In this document: positions 1 through 12,283 of the stretch, piece by piece
How positions within the stretch are numbered: position 1 is the stretch's first letter
Layout: each line of letters opens with the position of its first letter
NCBI GenBank assembly: GCA_051313645.2
Contig: JBNRSN020000005.1
Coordinates: forward strand, 169,322,001-169,386,000
Direction: 5' to 3'
Source: Centroscyllium fabricii
Taxonomy: Eukaryota
Length of the DNA stretch: 64,000 nucleotides
The notes under the pieces: model-generated
The model's database searches: none
Told to the model about the DNA's origin: nothing
The model's input: the letters and a program-made list of their open reading frames with translations, nothing else
Position numbers and translations under genes: made by a program

Positions 1-146
1 TTCGACCCCTCCCCTGTTGGTCAGTCGAGCTGCAAATTACACTGGCTTTTTCTCCCACTCCTCTACCCCAATGTAGGCCAGGCTGGACCACCTCATGCTA
101 TGTATGTTTGACTTCAATTCCTCCCAACCTCAAGTGTGACTGCTTA

Positions 147-222
147 CAGCGCTCTGAAAGCTTGTGATTTCAAATAAAACTGCTGGACTATAACCTGGTG
201 TTGTGTGACTTCTTGCATTTGC
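147..222 (+). mobile_element. Penelope-like terminal-repeat fragment
   Basis: cagcgctctgaaagcttgtgatttcaaataaaac...tataacctggtgttgtgtgacttc, shared with the copies at 18.1 kb and 45.0 kb. Confidence 0.7.
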
Positions 223-624
223 TTACTGGAAGTGTCTGGAACAAATACCCTATTGTCCCAGTTTTGATGGCTGCTCATTCATGTGTAGGGTGAGCTCGTT
301 AACTTACTAATCCTACCTCTGTCCCACTGGCTGTAAGGTTGAAAAGTCACCTTTTAACATAAAAGCAACACTTGAGAATTTAAGTTGTATTCAAATCTCT
401 TTTGTGGAAAATGTCAAATAGCCAAAGCACAACTAAGGGTATAATTTAAAAAAAATTGAGTGCTAGGGAGAAAGTTAGATGGTGAGAAATAAAGAATAAA
501 AGCAAGATAAGATAACAAAAGTATTTTGCAGAGCTGTTTGACCACACAGGACCCATGTTGTGGGGTGGGTTTTGCCCTGATTATCAGTGGCAGACAGTGT
601 TTCTGGACTTGCATACATATACAG

Positions 625-1010
625 TAGTTACATAGAGTCCACTGCAGCACAGAAACAGGCCATTCAACCCAACTGGTCTGGCATTTATGCCCCACATAAG
701 CCTCCTCCCACCCCTCCATCTAACCCCATCAATATATCTCACTCCTTTCTCCCTTGTGCTTGTCTATTTTCCTCTTAAATGCATCTATGCTATTTGCCTC
801 CACTACCCAGTGAGTTCGACAATCCTGCCACTCTTTGGGGTAAGAAGGTTCTGAAATCCCTTTTGGATTTATTAGTGACTGTCTTATATTTATACCCTCT
901 TCCCACCCCCCCCCCCCCAGTGGAACCGTTTTCTCCATGTCTGCCCTATCCAACCCTTTCATAATCTTAAAGACCTCAATCTGATCACCCCTCAATCTTC
1001 TATACTTGAG
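625..1010 (-). mobile_element. CR1 LINE 3' fragment
   Basis: RRLRGDQIEVFKIMKGLDR in minus ORF 729..1052. Confidence 0.75.
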
Positions 1011-1379
1011 ATAACAAAGGATTGTTTGACCTATGAAGCCTATTCTTTCCATGGATTATGTGCAAACTGTTTCCCAGTGGACTCTACTTGGCCTATGTTA
1101 ATTCCAGAAGAGAGCTTTTGTAGATATCTTTACATTTACCACCCCCCCCACCATAAAATAAATGATGTAATTTGTAGTGTGAATTGAAATAGGTTGATTT
1201 GATCAGCCCTTTTTGCTGAAATGTAAATACTCATGCATTTTCTGAAAACCGAATAAAGCATTCTAAATGGCATTTGCACACAGTGACTTGTACCTTTTCT
1301 TGAACACAACACAACAGATGTCTCAAAAGCGTCTGCCAGAGCGAAAGCAATTCATCCGTGTGCACAGCCTTTATTAATA

Positions 1380-1473
1380 GCCATAATGTGGAGGTGCCGG
1401 TGTTGGACTGGGGTGGACAAATGCAAGAAGTCACAACACCAGATTTATAGTCCAACGGTTTTATTACAAATCA
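1380..1473 (-). mobile_element. Penelope-like terminal-repeat fragment
   Basis: Reverse complement of the ...ccaccccagtccaacaccggcacctccacat end seen at 18190 and 45080. Confidence 0.7.
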
Positions 1474-1964
1474 CTTTATTAATAGCACCACCACCATCAA
1501 AAACAAGACAAGTCTGAAAACAAATAAACAAAGTATTGTTTTAATTAAACTATTGCAACTTAGGTACACTTACTTTACCACTCAGATGCATCTTTTCATT
1601 TATTTTTATTGGCTTGCAGCCATTTGCCAAACCCTGGCCTACTTACTCACATACTTGTAATCTATTCCCTTTTCTAAGTTTCTGACAACCATATAATTTG
1701 GTGGTGTGCATGAATTTAGTCTGCTGCTTATTCTGTCCTGCAGGTTGTTGATGCATTTGATCAACCAATTGTGACTGGGCCCCATTGGAAAGTTGTTCCA
1801 TTTAGAAACACCCTTTGTTTATGAGCTATTAGACATTTTTTTCCATTTCACTTCAACCACATCGTGAGATCTAAATTAACCACACTCCCTCATGCGGCAC
1901 CTTTATCAAGTTTTTTGGGGGGGAAATGAGGGCCCAAGGGCCTGTACAGTGCTGTATGTTCTAT

Positions 1965-3189
1965 GTTCTATGTCCACTGGATCTCCTTGATTCACCATTC
2001 TAGTCCCTCTTCAGAACAGGACCTCTGTTAGCTGCCATAACCATTTTTCAAATTCTAAATGCTTATTTATAACCTCCCTTATCGGCCTTTCCATCAATTT
2101 CTCCACCGCAGAGGTAAGACTCACTAGTCTATAATTCTCACTATTTGACTTTTTTCACGTTTATATAAAAAAAAAAGTTTTAAAAAAAAAAGGGGGGCCA
2201 CGTTTTTTTTTCTAATCATCTGGTACTGTGTCCATTCCAATGAACATTTGTAAAATATTCATCAGGGTTTCACAAACCCTGCCATTTCTTTCAGCGCCCT
2301 AGGAAAAATTAACAGTCTGGCCCAGCTGCTTTTCCTACCTTGACACATTTAATTTAGCTAGTACCATTTTGTTTGTGATGTGCAAATGATCTACCTAGGT
2401 TTTAGTCCTATTTGCTAGGCCAGGGGCAGATCTAACCTTCTCTCAATTAAGGAAAAAAAAGTACAAATTAACAGTTCATTGCTTCTGCTATGCCTTGTCA
2501 TGTTTTATAATCTTCCTCAAGTCATCCTTTAATTGTTTTATTTGCCCCTAACTGAACTTTGACTCTTAAAATAACATACTTTTCCATTGTCGTGACTCCT
2601 TTCTACTATCCTCCTGTCGAAATAATTTGTTTTCCCAATACTTTCCTTTTGAGAACATTAACTTTTTTTGTATCTTTCCTTATCTAAATGACTAGTGTGT
2701 TTATTACTCATATCTACCACCTCATGGGCCAGTTTCCACATGTAGCCATTGTGGATTGTTTCATTTTATATATTCTCCCTTTTTATTAAGCTGTATGAGC
2801 TTTTCCTTTTGGGATTAAAAAAAAAGTATCTCCTTTTTGTGCATTGCAGTATTCTGCACTTTCTCACTTAACTGCTGCTGTTTGCATATCTGTAAACTGA
2901 GTCTTTCAAAATGTGACGCCAACAATCTGATTCTGCAAGATTCTCCCCTATCTCTGGGTAACTAAATACTAAATCCAACTATAGTCTCCGCTAGCACTAG
3001 TCTCCCTACATGATGAATTAAAAAGCCACTGTTTATTATTAATGCCTCTTTGGGGGACCTCCTACCTCTTGTGCTTGCTCATTGTTTGTTCCTGGATAAT
3101 TGAAAACTCTTATCTGTATTAGCTTCCCTTCATTGGTTCTTTTACAGCTTGATTGCATAGCTGCAGATTCTCATCCCTCCCTGAAGCTT
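1965..3189 (-). mobile_element. Old degenerate CR1-like LINE
   Basis: Minus strand reads NYRLVSLTS at ~2110-2136 (the RT NYRPVSLTS motif); no long ORF. Confidence 0.5.
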
Positions 3190-3192
3190 ATA

Positions 3193-3574
3193 TAGAAACA
3201 TAGAAGATAGGAGCAGGAGTAGGCCATTTGGCCCTTCGACCATTCGGCCATTCAATGAGATCATGGCTGATCATCCAAACCCAGCATCCCTGCCTTGCCC
3301 ATATCCCTCTCGAGCCTGCACCGACACATATCCCACCCTATCCCTGTAACCCCACATATTCAATCCCCCTAACACTAAGGGTCAATTTATCCTGGCCAAT
3401 CAACCTAACCCGCACATCTTTGGACTGTGGGAGGAAACCGGAGCACCCGGAGGAAACCCACGCAGACACGGGGAGAATGTGCAAACTCCACAGATAGTAC
3501 CAGAGGCTGGATTTGAACCCGGGTCTCTAGTGCTGTAAGGCAACAGTGCTAACCACTATGCCACCGTGCCGCCC
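3193..3574 (-). mobile_element. Full-length HE1-like tRNA-derived SINE with CR1-derived tail
   Basis: Head GGGCGGCACGGTGGCATAGTGG (A box), B-box-like GGTTCAAATCC, core TGTGGAGTTTGCACATTCTCCCCGTG, tail identical to the CR1 3' ends (ttctatgt repeats). Confidence 0.88.
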
Positions 3575-4740
3575 ATATAGAACATACAGCACTGTACAGG
3601 CCCTTGGGCCCTCAATGTAGTGCCGCGCTTAGTCCGTCTCCGATTTTTCCTGTCCCCCCTACTCTTCCTTCCCCTCCATGTACCTATCTATCATCCTTTT
3701 AAAAGCTCCCAGACTGTCCACATCCACCATTTCAGATGGTAGCCTATTCCACTCCCCGACCACTCTCTGTGTAAAGAACTTGCCCCTGCCATCCCTTCTG
3801 AATCTTCCTCCTTGAATCTTGTGCTCGTGTCCTCTTGTTGTCGTTCTTCCCACCCGGGTAAACAGTCTCTGCACGTTTACTCTATCGATCCCCTTCATCA
3901 TCTTGAACATCTCTATTAAAGTCCCCCCTCTTCCTTCTCCGCTCCAGGGAGAAGAGTCCCAGCTCCCTCAACCTCTCCTCGTACGACTTTCCCCCCATTC
4001 CCGGCAGCATCCTGGTGAATCTCCTCTGCACCCTCTCCAACGCCTCCTCATCCCTCCTGTAGTACGGTGCCCAGAACTGTACACAGTACTCCAAGTGTGG
4101 TCTCACCAGTGACCTGTACAGCTGCAGCATGACCTCCCGGTTCTTAAACTCTATTCCCCTGTTGATGAAGGCCAATACACCATAGGCCTTTCTTTACTGC
4201 CTTATCCACCTGGGTGGCAGCCTTCAATGATCTGTGTACATATACTCCCAGATCCCATTGCTCCTCTGTTTCGCTCAGGACGCTGCCGTTGACCCTATAT
4301 TCCCTATTCCTATTTGCCCTACCGAAGTGTATCACCTCGCATTTCCCCGTGTTGAACTCCATTTGCCATTCTTCAGCCCAGCTCTGCATCCTATCTATAT
4401 CCCTCTGAAGCCTTCTACTTCCTTCCTCCTCATCCACTACTCCCCCAATCTTTGTGTCATCTGCAAATTTGCTGACCCACCCCTCAGTCCCCTCCTCCAA
4501 GTCATTGATAAAGATTACAAATAGTAGTGGCCCCAACACCGACCCCTGTGGCACCCCACTGGTGACCGGTCTCCAACCCGAGTATTGGCCCTCTACCACT
4601 ACCCTCTGCTTTCTCTGAGCCAGCCAGTTCTCAATCCATCCCACTACTTCGTTGTTTACCCCGCAACTCCTTACTTTCTTCATGAGTCGACCGTGCGGGA
4701 CCTTGTCGAACGCCTTGCTGCAGTCCATATATATGACATC
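3575..4740 (-). mobile_element. 5'-truncated CR1 LINE (RT C-terminal half), relatively young
   Basis: [25 protein letters not shown] and RPHLEYCVQFW in ORFs 4144..4728, 3882..4175 and 3659..3910; only frameshifts. Confidence 0.92.
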
Positions 4741-4989
4741 ATTTAATGTTATGTACCATCTTTGTATGATCTGTGCTTCACGATTTCTAGCTAACTCTCC
4801 ATAATGTAATTTGTCCCCACATGAACAACAGTTAGCACTTCCTCAACTCTGCTATCTATGTCAAGTTGTCTTCGAGTATGGTGTGAATAAGGATACATCA
4901 GATAGAATCACTATCTAGAAAATTGTGTTGAAGATGTAATAATTTAAAACTTGCATCAGAGATTTTTCCAGACCAAATTTAGAAGAAAA

Positions 4990-5397
4990 GGAAGATCTTG
5001 CATTTATAAAACACCTCCAGGCATCCCAAAGCTCCTCACAGCCAATTAAGTATTTGTGCAAGTGTAGTCAATTTTGTAATGCTGGGGAATGTGGCAGGCA
5101 ATTTGTGCACAGTGCGGTCCCACAAACAGCAATGTGACCAGGAATATATATATTTTAAATATTGGTTGACAAATGTTGGCTAGGACACTGGGGAGAACGC
5201 CATAGTGCCATGGGATCTTGTATGTCCATCTGATAAACTGAGGTCATACCTGCCCTAACATTGCATCTGAAAGGCAGCACCTCCGCAGTACAGCACTGAA
5301 GTGTCAACTTAGATTAAGTGCTGAAATCTTAGGAGTGAAACGTGAACCCACAATTTTCTGATCGAGGTGAGAGTGCTACAGCTGAGCTAAGGCTGAC
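4990..5397 (-). mobile_element. Deu-domain (SacSINE1-like) SINE
   Basis: gtgccatgggatct...tgaaaggcagcacctcc; the same module recurs at 26.6-27.0, 37.2-37.6 and 49.4 kb. Confidence 0.65.
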
Positions 5398-6010
5398 AAA
5401 ATTAAGATGTTCTGTCTCTTCTAGGTCATTCGTCCACTAGCTTTTTAGTCCCTTCTATGAAATTAGATCACTGGCCTTTTTTTAACAGCAACCCAAATTC
5501 ATTTTATTAAGATTGGAGAGTGTGGATGATCAGATGGGAGATTCTACTGAGTGTACACCATGAGAGAGACGGATTGGATTTTTGTTTTGAAGACTCCGTG
5601 CATTCTGAAAGAAGACCTACAATCTGCTGTTACGATTGACTGTTTTATTCTAAATTTTAGTTATTTTTATGTTTGTAACAGTGTAATTTGTTAATTTTTA
5701 TAAAGACAATGTGCAACAATTCTTCCCTGTAATGTGTTTTGGAATCTAACTGATTAGAGTTACCAGAGCACTAACCTGCTAGCTTCTGTTATTTGACACT
5801 AATAAAAGATTCACTGCTGTCACTGGTACTGGAGTATAATAACCTGGCTCAACCAGAATGTAATGCTGTGCAAAAATCCTGCACACACAAACGGTCTGTG
5901 GAATGTGGTAGTTAATTAGCAGTGTTCCAAAATGTATGCTAATATTTGGAAGATTTTTAGAATTTATTTTTTAATGGACATAAGCTGAATAACTTGATTT
6001 GTGTTTATAG

Positions 6011-6134
6011 ATGGTGTTGAGAAATTGGATTCTGGGTGGTTAACTTGCCAAAGCGAAATTCGTTTGAGGTTACACTATTCTGAGAAACCTCCAGTTTCCA
6101 TATCCAAGAAGAAGTTCAAGAAATCCAGATTTAG
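6011..6134 (+). CDS. GPCPD1: GPCPD1 exon (xGVEKLDSGWLTCQSEIRLRLHYSEKPPVSISKKKFKKSRFR)
   Basis: tttatag|AT...TTTAG|gtaaac; 124 nt. Confidence 0.93.
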
Positions 6135-6384
6135 GTAAACTGTTTTTGTTAATTGAAATTTTAGTGCTCAATTAAGACTGTTCAGAACATCAAACCTGGA
6201 CTTGATTGTTGGGAGATGCTAATTGTAACTATGCAGTGAAATTAAGACCACTGGACTGAATGAGGTTGACGATATTCCTTGGTCAAACTGGGATCTATTT
6301 TCTACAGATTTGAGAGAATATGGTTACGCTTATCAACGTCACATTGGAACTGGAGTGGTATTTGCGTATGATGTTTAGAAACTA

Positions 6385-6691
6385 CAAGAAACTTTTTTTT
6401 ATCAGGACCGGCATGGTGCCGGTTTATCAGTCTGGATTAGAGAGGTATTGTTAAAAGGTATATGAGGCCACAAACTCTGGCTTCCTTGTTGCTTAGCAAC
6501 CGGTGTAAGAACAAGGTCAACAAATCCGGGCTTCCCTGTTGCTTAGCAACAGGTGCAGGAACCCTGATGACACAGCCACACATGCAGGAACGGCCACTAA
6601 TATGAAGTAAAACTTACCTAAACCTACTCCTGAATTTTGCCGGTTAAGAGATTTCCGGTTGTTTAGGTGCCGGTAAATGGAGAGTTTCCTG
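6385..6691. mobile_element. Tigger/pogo-like non-autonomous DNA transposon (family 2)
   Basis: TA|CAaGAAAC...GAGTTTCCTG|TA; its right end is the reverse complement of the left end of the copy at 38552. Confidence 0.7.
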
Positions 6692-8399
6692 TACTGAGTT
6701 GTGTGTAGATATTTTAACATTGTGTCTCTCCAAGAGGAGCTTGCATAATAATAGCAGTGAAACTGCAAACATTCTGTGTGGGGACTTTTCTCCCCTTTTA
6801 TAGTATCATTGCTTTGCTAACCCTCTATGAAACCAGGTTTGTTGGAGTATGGCTTTAGAGCACAAAAGACTTTGGATCTTGCCATAGCACTCCACTTTGC
6901 ATTCTTCAGACTTTCAGTTCTCCGATATATCAATTTTCTGAGATATCTGCTTCTGTCATAGTTATTTTCAGCTGTAATCCCTTGTGCCACTTACATAAAG
7001 GCAAGTTATTTCTTTATTGGTGCTTAAGTCCTCATCCAATGAATCACTTTTGGAATTGCACTAGTATTTCCAACCACAGCAAATGAGATGAATGATAAGT
7101 TGATCTGTTTTGAGGGAAGAATGTTGGCCAAGTTGCAGGGAGACTTCGAGTATTCTAATTGAGTGGGTTTTTATGTCCACCTGAACCACCTGGAATAAGG
7201 AGAGACGGCCTTAGTTTACCCAAAAGCAGCTTCTACAATGCAGTGCTCCTTTTTAGTAGAGGTACACAATCCCTTATCCGCAACTCCGAAAACCAAAAAG
7301 CTCCGAAAACCTTTGGAGCGTCGCATGACCTGAGTTGCGCCAAACATGACCCGTTTTGAAAGCTGATTCGGGGCCTGAGACCTACACTGGGTGTTTATGA
7401 AGCTTTCCAGCCCACCTGCAGGTCCAATTCCTCCCCGAGCCCACATTTGTTTTTATTTGTTGAAGCAGCATAAGTGCTAGATTGGGTTATTTTTCAAATA
7501 AAAAATAATTGTTTTAAGTTTTAAAACTGATCTTCACTTATGTTGTAAAGAGACTGGAAGGGAGTTCTGTGAAGTGTTCTCTCTTTCAGTGACTACTAGA
7601 ATTTTCAGCTTACATTTGCAACCATAGTGGACTAAGTCAGATAATTGCAGAGCAAATAAATCACATTATAATTTGCCTGCTCGGCCTCAGCTAAAATCCA
7701 GCAAAGTGTTAACTGTCTATAACCAATGAAAACAGGAGTACCAGTCAATATGACCTGTCTAAATGTGAGGCAAGATTATTACATTCACCTCGATTTATGG
7801 TGTGCCCGTGAGTAATGGGGAACAAGAGGTGGATTATTGCATTAGTTTAGGTATAATATGTCTGTGACATGGAAGGGGAATTGGATAGAAAACCTGATGC
7901 AAATCTGATATTTTGTAACCTGAAAGATGAAATGGAGCTCTGAGTTTCAGCTCCTGCTTCATCGTGAAGTACTGTGGTATACTGACTTGAAAGCACAGGT
8001 TTCAACCTATTGAATAATGAGAGGCCTGTCTAGATCAAAAGGGAGAGTAGAACCAGAGGATACCGCCTGCCGTCGAAAGGGGGTTAAATTCAGAACTAAT
8101 TTGGAAAGATTTTCTGAGCGAGTGGTAAATCTATGGAACATGGTCCCTAGGGAGAAGATGGAAGTAGATAGTATTCTTACAAATTCAACTTTGGTTTCTT
8201 GAAAACATAATGGGCCGGATATTCCAATCCCTACGGGTATGTGTGTACGCACCCATAGGGACGGAAAATGCATTGTTCAGGCATTGCCAACAACTTTACA
8301 TAGCTATATAGCCCGTGCACTGTGCAAACGTTATGTGCATTAGACCAGTGAATTGAGATATACTGTAATTAAAAGCATTTACAATTTAAAGAAAATCTC

Positions 8400-10670
8400 T
8401 CTTATCCACTGGATGTGGCATTGCTGGTAGTGCCATTGAATGTCATGGGGAGGTGGAACTCTCTTGTTGGAGATAGTCATTGCCTAGAACTTGTGTGGTG
8501 TGAACGTTACTTACCGCTTATTAGCCCAAGCCTGAATGTTGTCCTGGTCTTGCTGCATGTGAGCACGGACTGCTTTATTATCTGAGGAGTTGCGAATGGA
8601 ACTGAACACTATGCAATCATCAGCGAATGTCCCCACTTCTGACCTTGTGATTGAGGAAACATAGGAACAGGAGTAGGCCATTTATCCCCTTGAACCTGTT
8701 CTGCCTTTCAATGAGATCATGGCTGATCAAAAGGTCAATAATTAAGCGGTTGAAAATGGTTGGGGGGCCTAGCACACTACCTTGAGGAACTCCTGCAGTG
8801 ATGTCCTGGGGCTGAGACGAATGGCGTCCAGCAACCACAGCCATCTTTTGTGCTAGGTATGACTCCAGCCAGTGGAGAGTTTTACACTTGATTCCCATAG
8901 GCTTCAGTTTTACTAGGGCTCCTTGATGCCGCACCCAGTCAAATGTTGCCTTGATGTTGAGGACAGTCACTCTCTCCTCACCTCTGGAATTCAGCTCTCT
9001 TGTTTATGTCTGGATCAAGTCTGTAATGAGGCCTGGAGCCAAGTGGTCCTGGCAGGACCCAAACTAAGCATCAGTGAGCAAATTATTGATAGTACTGTCA
9101 ACGACCCCTTTCCATCACTTTGATGATTGAGAGTAGGCTGATAGGGCACTAATTAGCTGGATTGGATTAGTCATACTTTCTGTGGCAGGCCATACCTGGG
9201 CAATTTTCTACTATGTCGGTTAGATGCCAGTGTTGTAGCTGTACTGAAATAGCTTGGCTAGTGGCGTGGCTAGTTCTGGAGCACAAGTCTTCAGCTCTGT
9301 GGCCGGCATGTTGTCGGGCCCTTGGCCTTTGCTGTATCCAGTGCACTCAGCCATTTCTTGATATCATGTGGAGTGAATTGAATTGGTTGAAGACTAGCTT
9401 CTGTGATGGTGGGGACCTCGGGAGTAGGCTGAGGTGGATCCTCCAGTCAGCACTTCATGGTTCTAAACGCTTCAGCCTTGTCTTTTGTACTCATGTGCTG
9501 GGCTCTGCCACCATTGAGGATGAGGATGTTCATGGAGCTACCTCCTCCCATTGTTTGTCCACCATTCACAACTGGATGTGGCAGGAGTGCAGACCTTTGA
9601 TCTGATCCATTGGTTGTGGGATCACGTACATCTGAGCATAGCATGTTGCCTCTGCTATTTAGCATGTTTGTAGTCCTGTGTTGTAGCTTCACCAGGTTGG
9701 CACCTCCTTTTCAGGTTCGCCTGGTGCTGCTTCTGGCACGCTCTTCAACACTCTTCATTGAACCAGGGCTGGTCGCCTGGCGTAATGGTAGAGTGAGGGA
9801 TATGCTGTGCCATGAGGTTACAGATTGTGGCAGAATAAAATTCTGCTGCTGATGGCCCACAGCGCCTCATGGATGCCCAGTTTTGAGCTGCTAGACCTGT
9901 TCTAAATGTATCCCATTTAGCACTGGTAGTGCCACACAATGGAGGGTATCCTCAGTGTGAAGCTGGAAATTTGTCTCCAAGGACTATGCGGTGGTCACTT
10001 CTACCAATACTGTCATAGACAGATGCATCTACGACGGGTAGATTGGTGAGGACAAGGTCAAGCAGGTTTTTTCCTCATTTTGGTTCTCCCCATCTGACAC
10101 AGGCTCAATCTGACAGCTATGTTCTTCAGAACTCAGTTAACTCAGTCAGTAGTGGTGTTACCAAACCACTCTTGGTGATGACATTGAAGTCCCCCATCCA
10201 GAGTACATTCTGTGCCCTTGCTACTCTGCTTCAGGTGGTATTCAGCAAGATGTTTCCTTGCCCATGTTTGACCTGATGCCATGAGACTTCATGGTGTCTG
10301 GAGTCAACGTTGAGGACTCCCAGCTGTATACCACTTTGCTGCCACTACTGGTATGTCTATGCTGGCAGTGGGGCGGGACATACCCAGGGATGGTGATTTG
10401 AGGAGTCTGGGATGTTGGTTGAAAAGTACGATTCTGAGCGTATGACTGTTGTGCTGTTGCTTGACTAGTCTGTGGGTCACTGGTTTGGTACAACTGAGTG
10501 GCCTTGCTTAGGCAGTTTTCCATTTAATTTGTTTGGGTGGGGGTGGGGGGGCGTGTGCTGCCCCTTTTAAGGGGCTGCATGACCCATTCAAATTGCTGCA
10601 CATAAGCGTTGTTTTCCCATTTATGAAGCCGGCAAGTGGCCTGGGCGGGATCTCCAGATTTCCCTCCCTA
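8400..10670 (-). mobile_element. Degenerate CR1-clade LINE (EN-RT remnants) with a small LINE-tail insert at ~8656-8728
   Basis: [38 protein letters not shown] and ITIPGYV in minus ORFs. Confidence 0.75.
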
Positions 10671-10960
10671 AAGGATTCTTTTTCCTCACACAATGCTGCT
10701 TTATATAGATGAAAAGATCTGATGGTGACTCAAATATGCAATATAGGTTGTATGAACAAGGTAATCATGGTTCTAGCTGAAAGCCTTAGATGCCTGCAGT
10801 AACTCCAGGAATTACTTGAATTGCCTGGTTGGTCGACTGAGCTTGCAATTAGTCCTTTTTTCTTGCTGTCCAGTACAAAGTTACAGATTCTTCGATATGA
10901 AGTGAATGCCCTGCAATTATTTATTAATTTGAATTCTTTTATGCCCATTTTGTTTTTAAG

Positions 10961-11198
10961 GGTAAAATTGACATTGGAGGGTTTTGAGGAGGAGGGTGAA
11001 GATGATGACAACCTGTTAACTACCTCAGTGCAGAAAATGGCCAATACTTTAGAAATTTCCTTAATCAGCAACAATGGATACAAATCGCGTCATTCACAAC
11101 CAGACTTTGGATATGCCTTGGAACCTGGCCAGTGGACAGAGTATAGCATTCAGACCATGGAGCCAGATAACCTGGAACTGATTTTTGACTTCTTTGAG
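10961..11198 (+). CDS. GPCPD1: GPCPD1 exon (VKLTLEGFEEE...QTMEPDNLELIFDFFE)
   Basis: ttttaag|G...GAG|gtatga; 238 nt; lies in ORF 10821..11204. Confidence 0.95.
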
Positions 11199-11264
11199 GT
11201 ATGACAGTTTTGCACAGTTAATCTAAGGGAAATATGTAAATTAAATATCAACGTGTGTGTTATA

Positions 11265-12008
11265 AGAACATAAATAGGAGCAGGAGTCGGCTATTTGGCC
11301 CCTCCAGCCTGCTCTGCTGTTCAATAAGATCATTGCTGATCAGATCTTGGCCTCAGCTCCACTTTGCTGCCCGCTCCCCATAACCCATGACTTCCCTGTA
11401 GCTCAAATTTCTGTCTGTCTATCTCCACCTTGAATGTATTCAATGACTCCACTTCCACAGCGCTCTCGGGTAGAGAATTCCGAAGATTCAGGACCCTCAG
11501 AAGAAATTCCTCCACCTCTCTGTTTTAAATAGGCGACTCCTTATTCTGAAGCTATGCTCCCTAGTTCCAGATTCCCCCACGAGGGGTAACATCCTCCCTG
11601 CATCTATCCTGTCGAACCCCCTCAGAATCTTATTTCAATTAGATCTCTCATTCTTCTAAACTCCAATGACTATAGGCCCAAACTGCTCAACCTTCCTTAA
11701 GACAATCCCTTCATCTCCGGAATCAACCGAGTGAACCTTATCTGAACTGCCTCCAATACAAGTATATCCGAGACCAAAACTGCACACAGTACTCCAGAAT
11801 GGTCTCACCAGCACCCTGTGTAATTGTAGCAAGACTTCCCTACTTTTATACTTCATCCCCCTTGCAAAGTGGATAACCTCACGTTTTCCCACATTATACT
11901 CCATCTGCCAAATTCTGCTAAACTCGCTTAACCTATCTATCACTTTGCAGACTCTGTGTCCTCCTCACAACTTGCTTTCTCACCTATCTTTGTATCACCA
12001 GCAAATTG
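11265..12008 (-). mobile_element. CR1 LINE 3' fragment with internal deletions
   Basis: WQMEYNVGK, NLRNSLPESAVE; CR1 tail. Confidence 0.85.
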
Positions 12009-12127
12009 TGTGTACAAAATTGTGTAAGTTTGAGGTGGAAGGAAAGGATTCAATCAATATGAAACTTCCATGCTGGAGTAGCTGTATTCATGAGAAAAAT
12101 CATTTAGAACACCGTCTCATTGACACA

Positions 12128-12283
12128 GGTTTTAAGGAGGAGGATGAAGATGATGAGAAACTGGTAACTAGCTCAGTGCAGAAAATGGCCGATACTTTAG
12201 AAATTTCCTTAATCAGCAACAATGGATACAAATCATGTCATTCACAGCCAGATTTTGCATATGCCTTGGAATCTGGCAAATAA
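12128..12283 (+). pseudogene. Partial duplicate (pseudo-exon) of the GPCPD1 exon at 10961..11198
   Basis: GFKEEDEDDEKLVTSSVQKMADTLEISLISNNGYKSCHSQPDFAYALESGK*; 13 mismatches over 150 nt against the real exon, then TAA in place of TGG. Confidence 0.9.

Noticed and set aside
1744-1830. Possible upstream GPCPD1 exon after ttctgtcctgcag
   Set aside because: Good acceptor, but the translation (VVDAFDQPIVTGPHW) does not resemble the CBM20-region exons and there is no clear donor.
12128-12283. Functional mutually exclusive exon
   Set aside because: It lacks both ends of the parent exon, has the wrong phase, an in-frame stop and mostly replacement substitutions.
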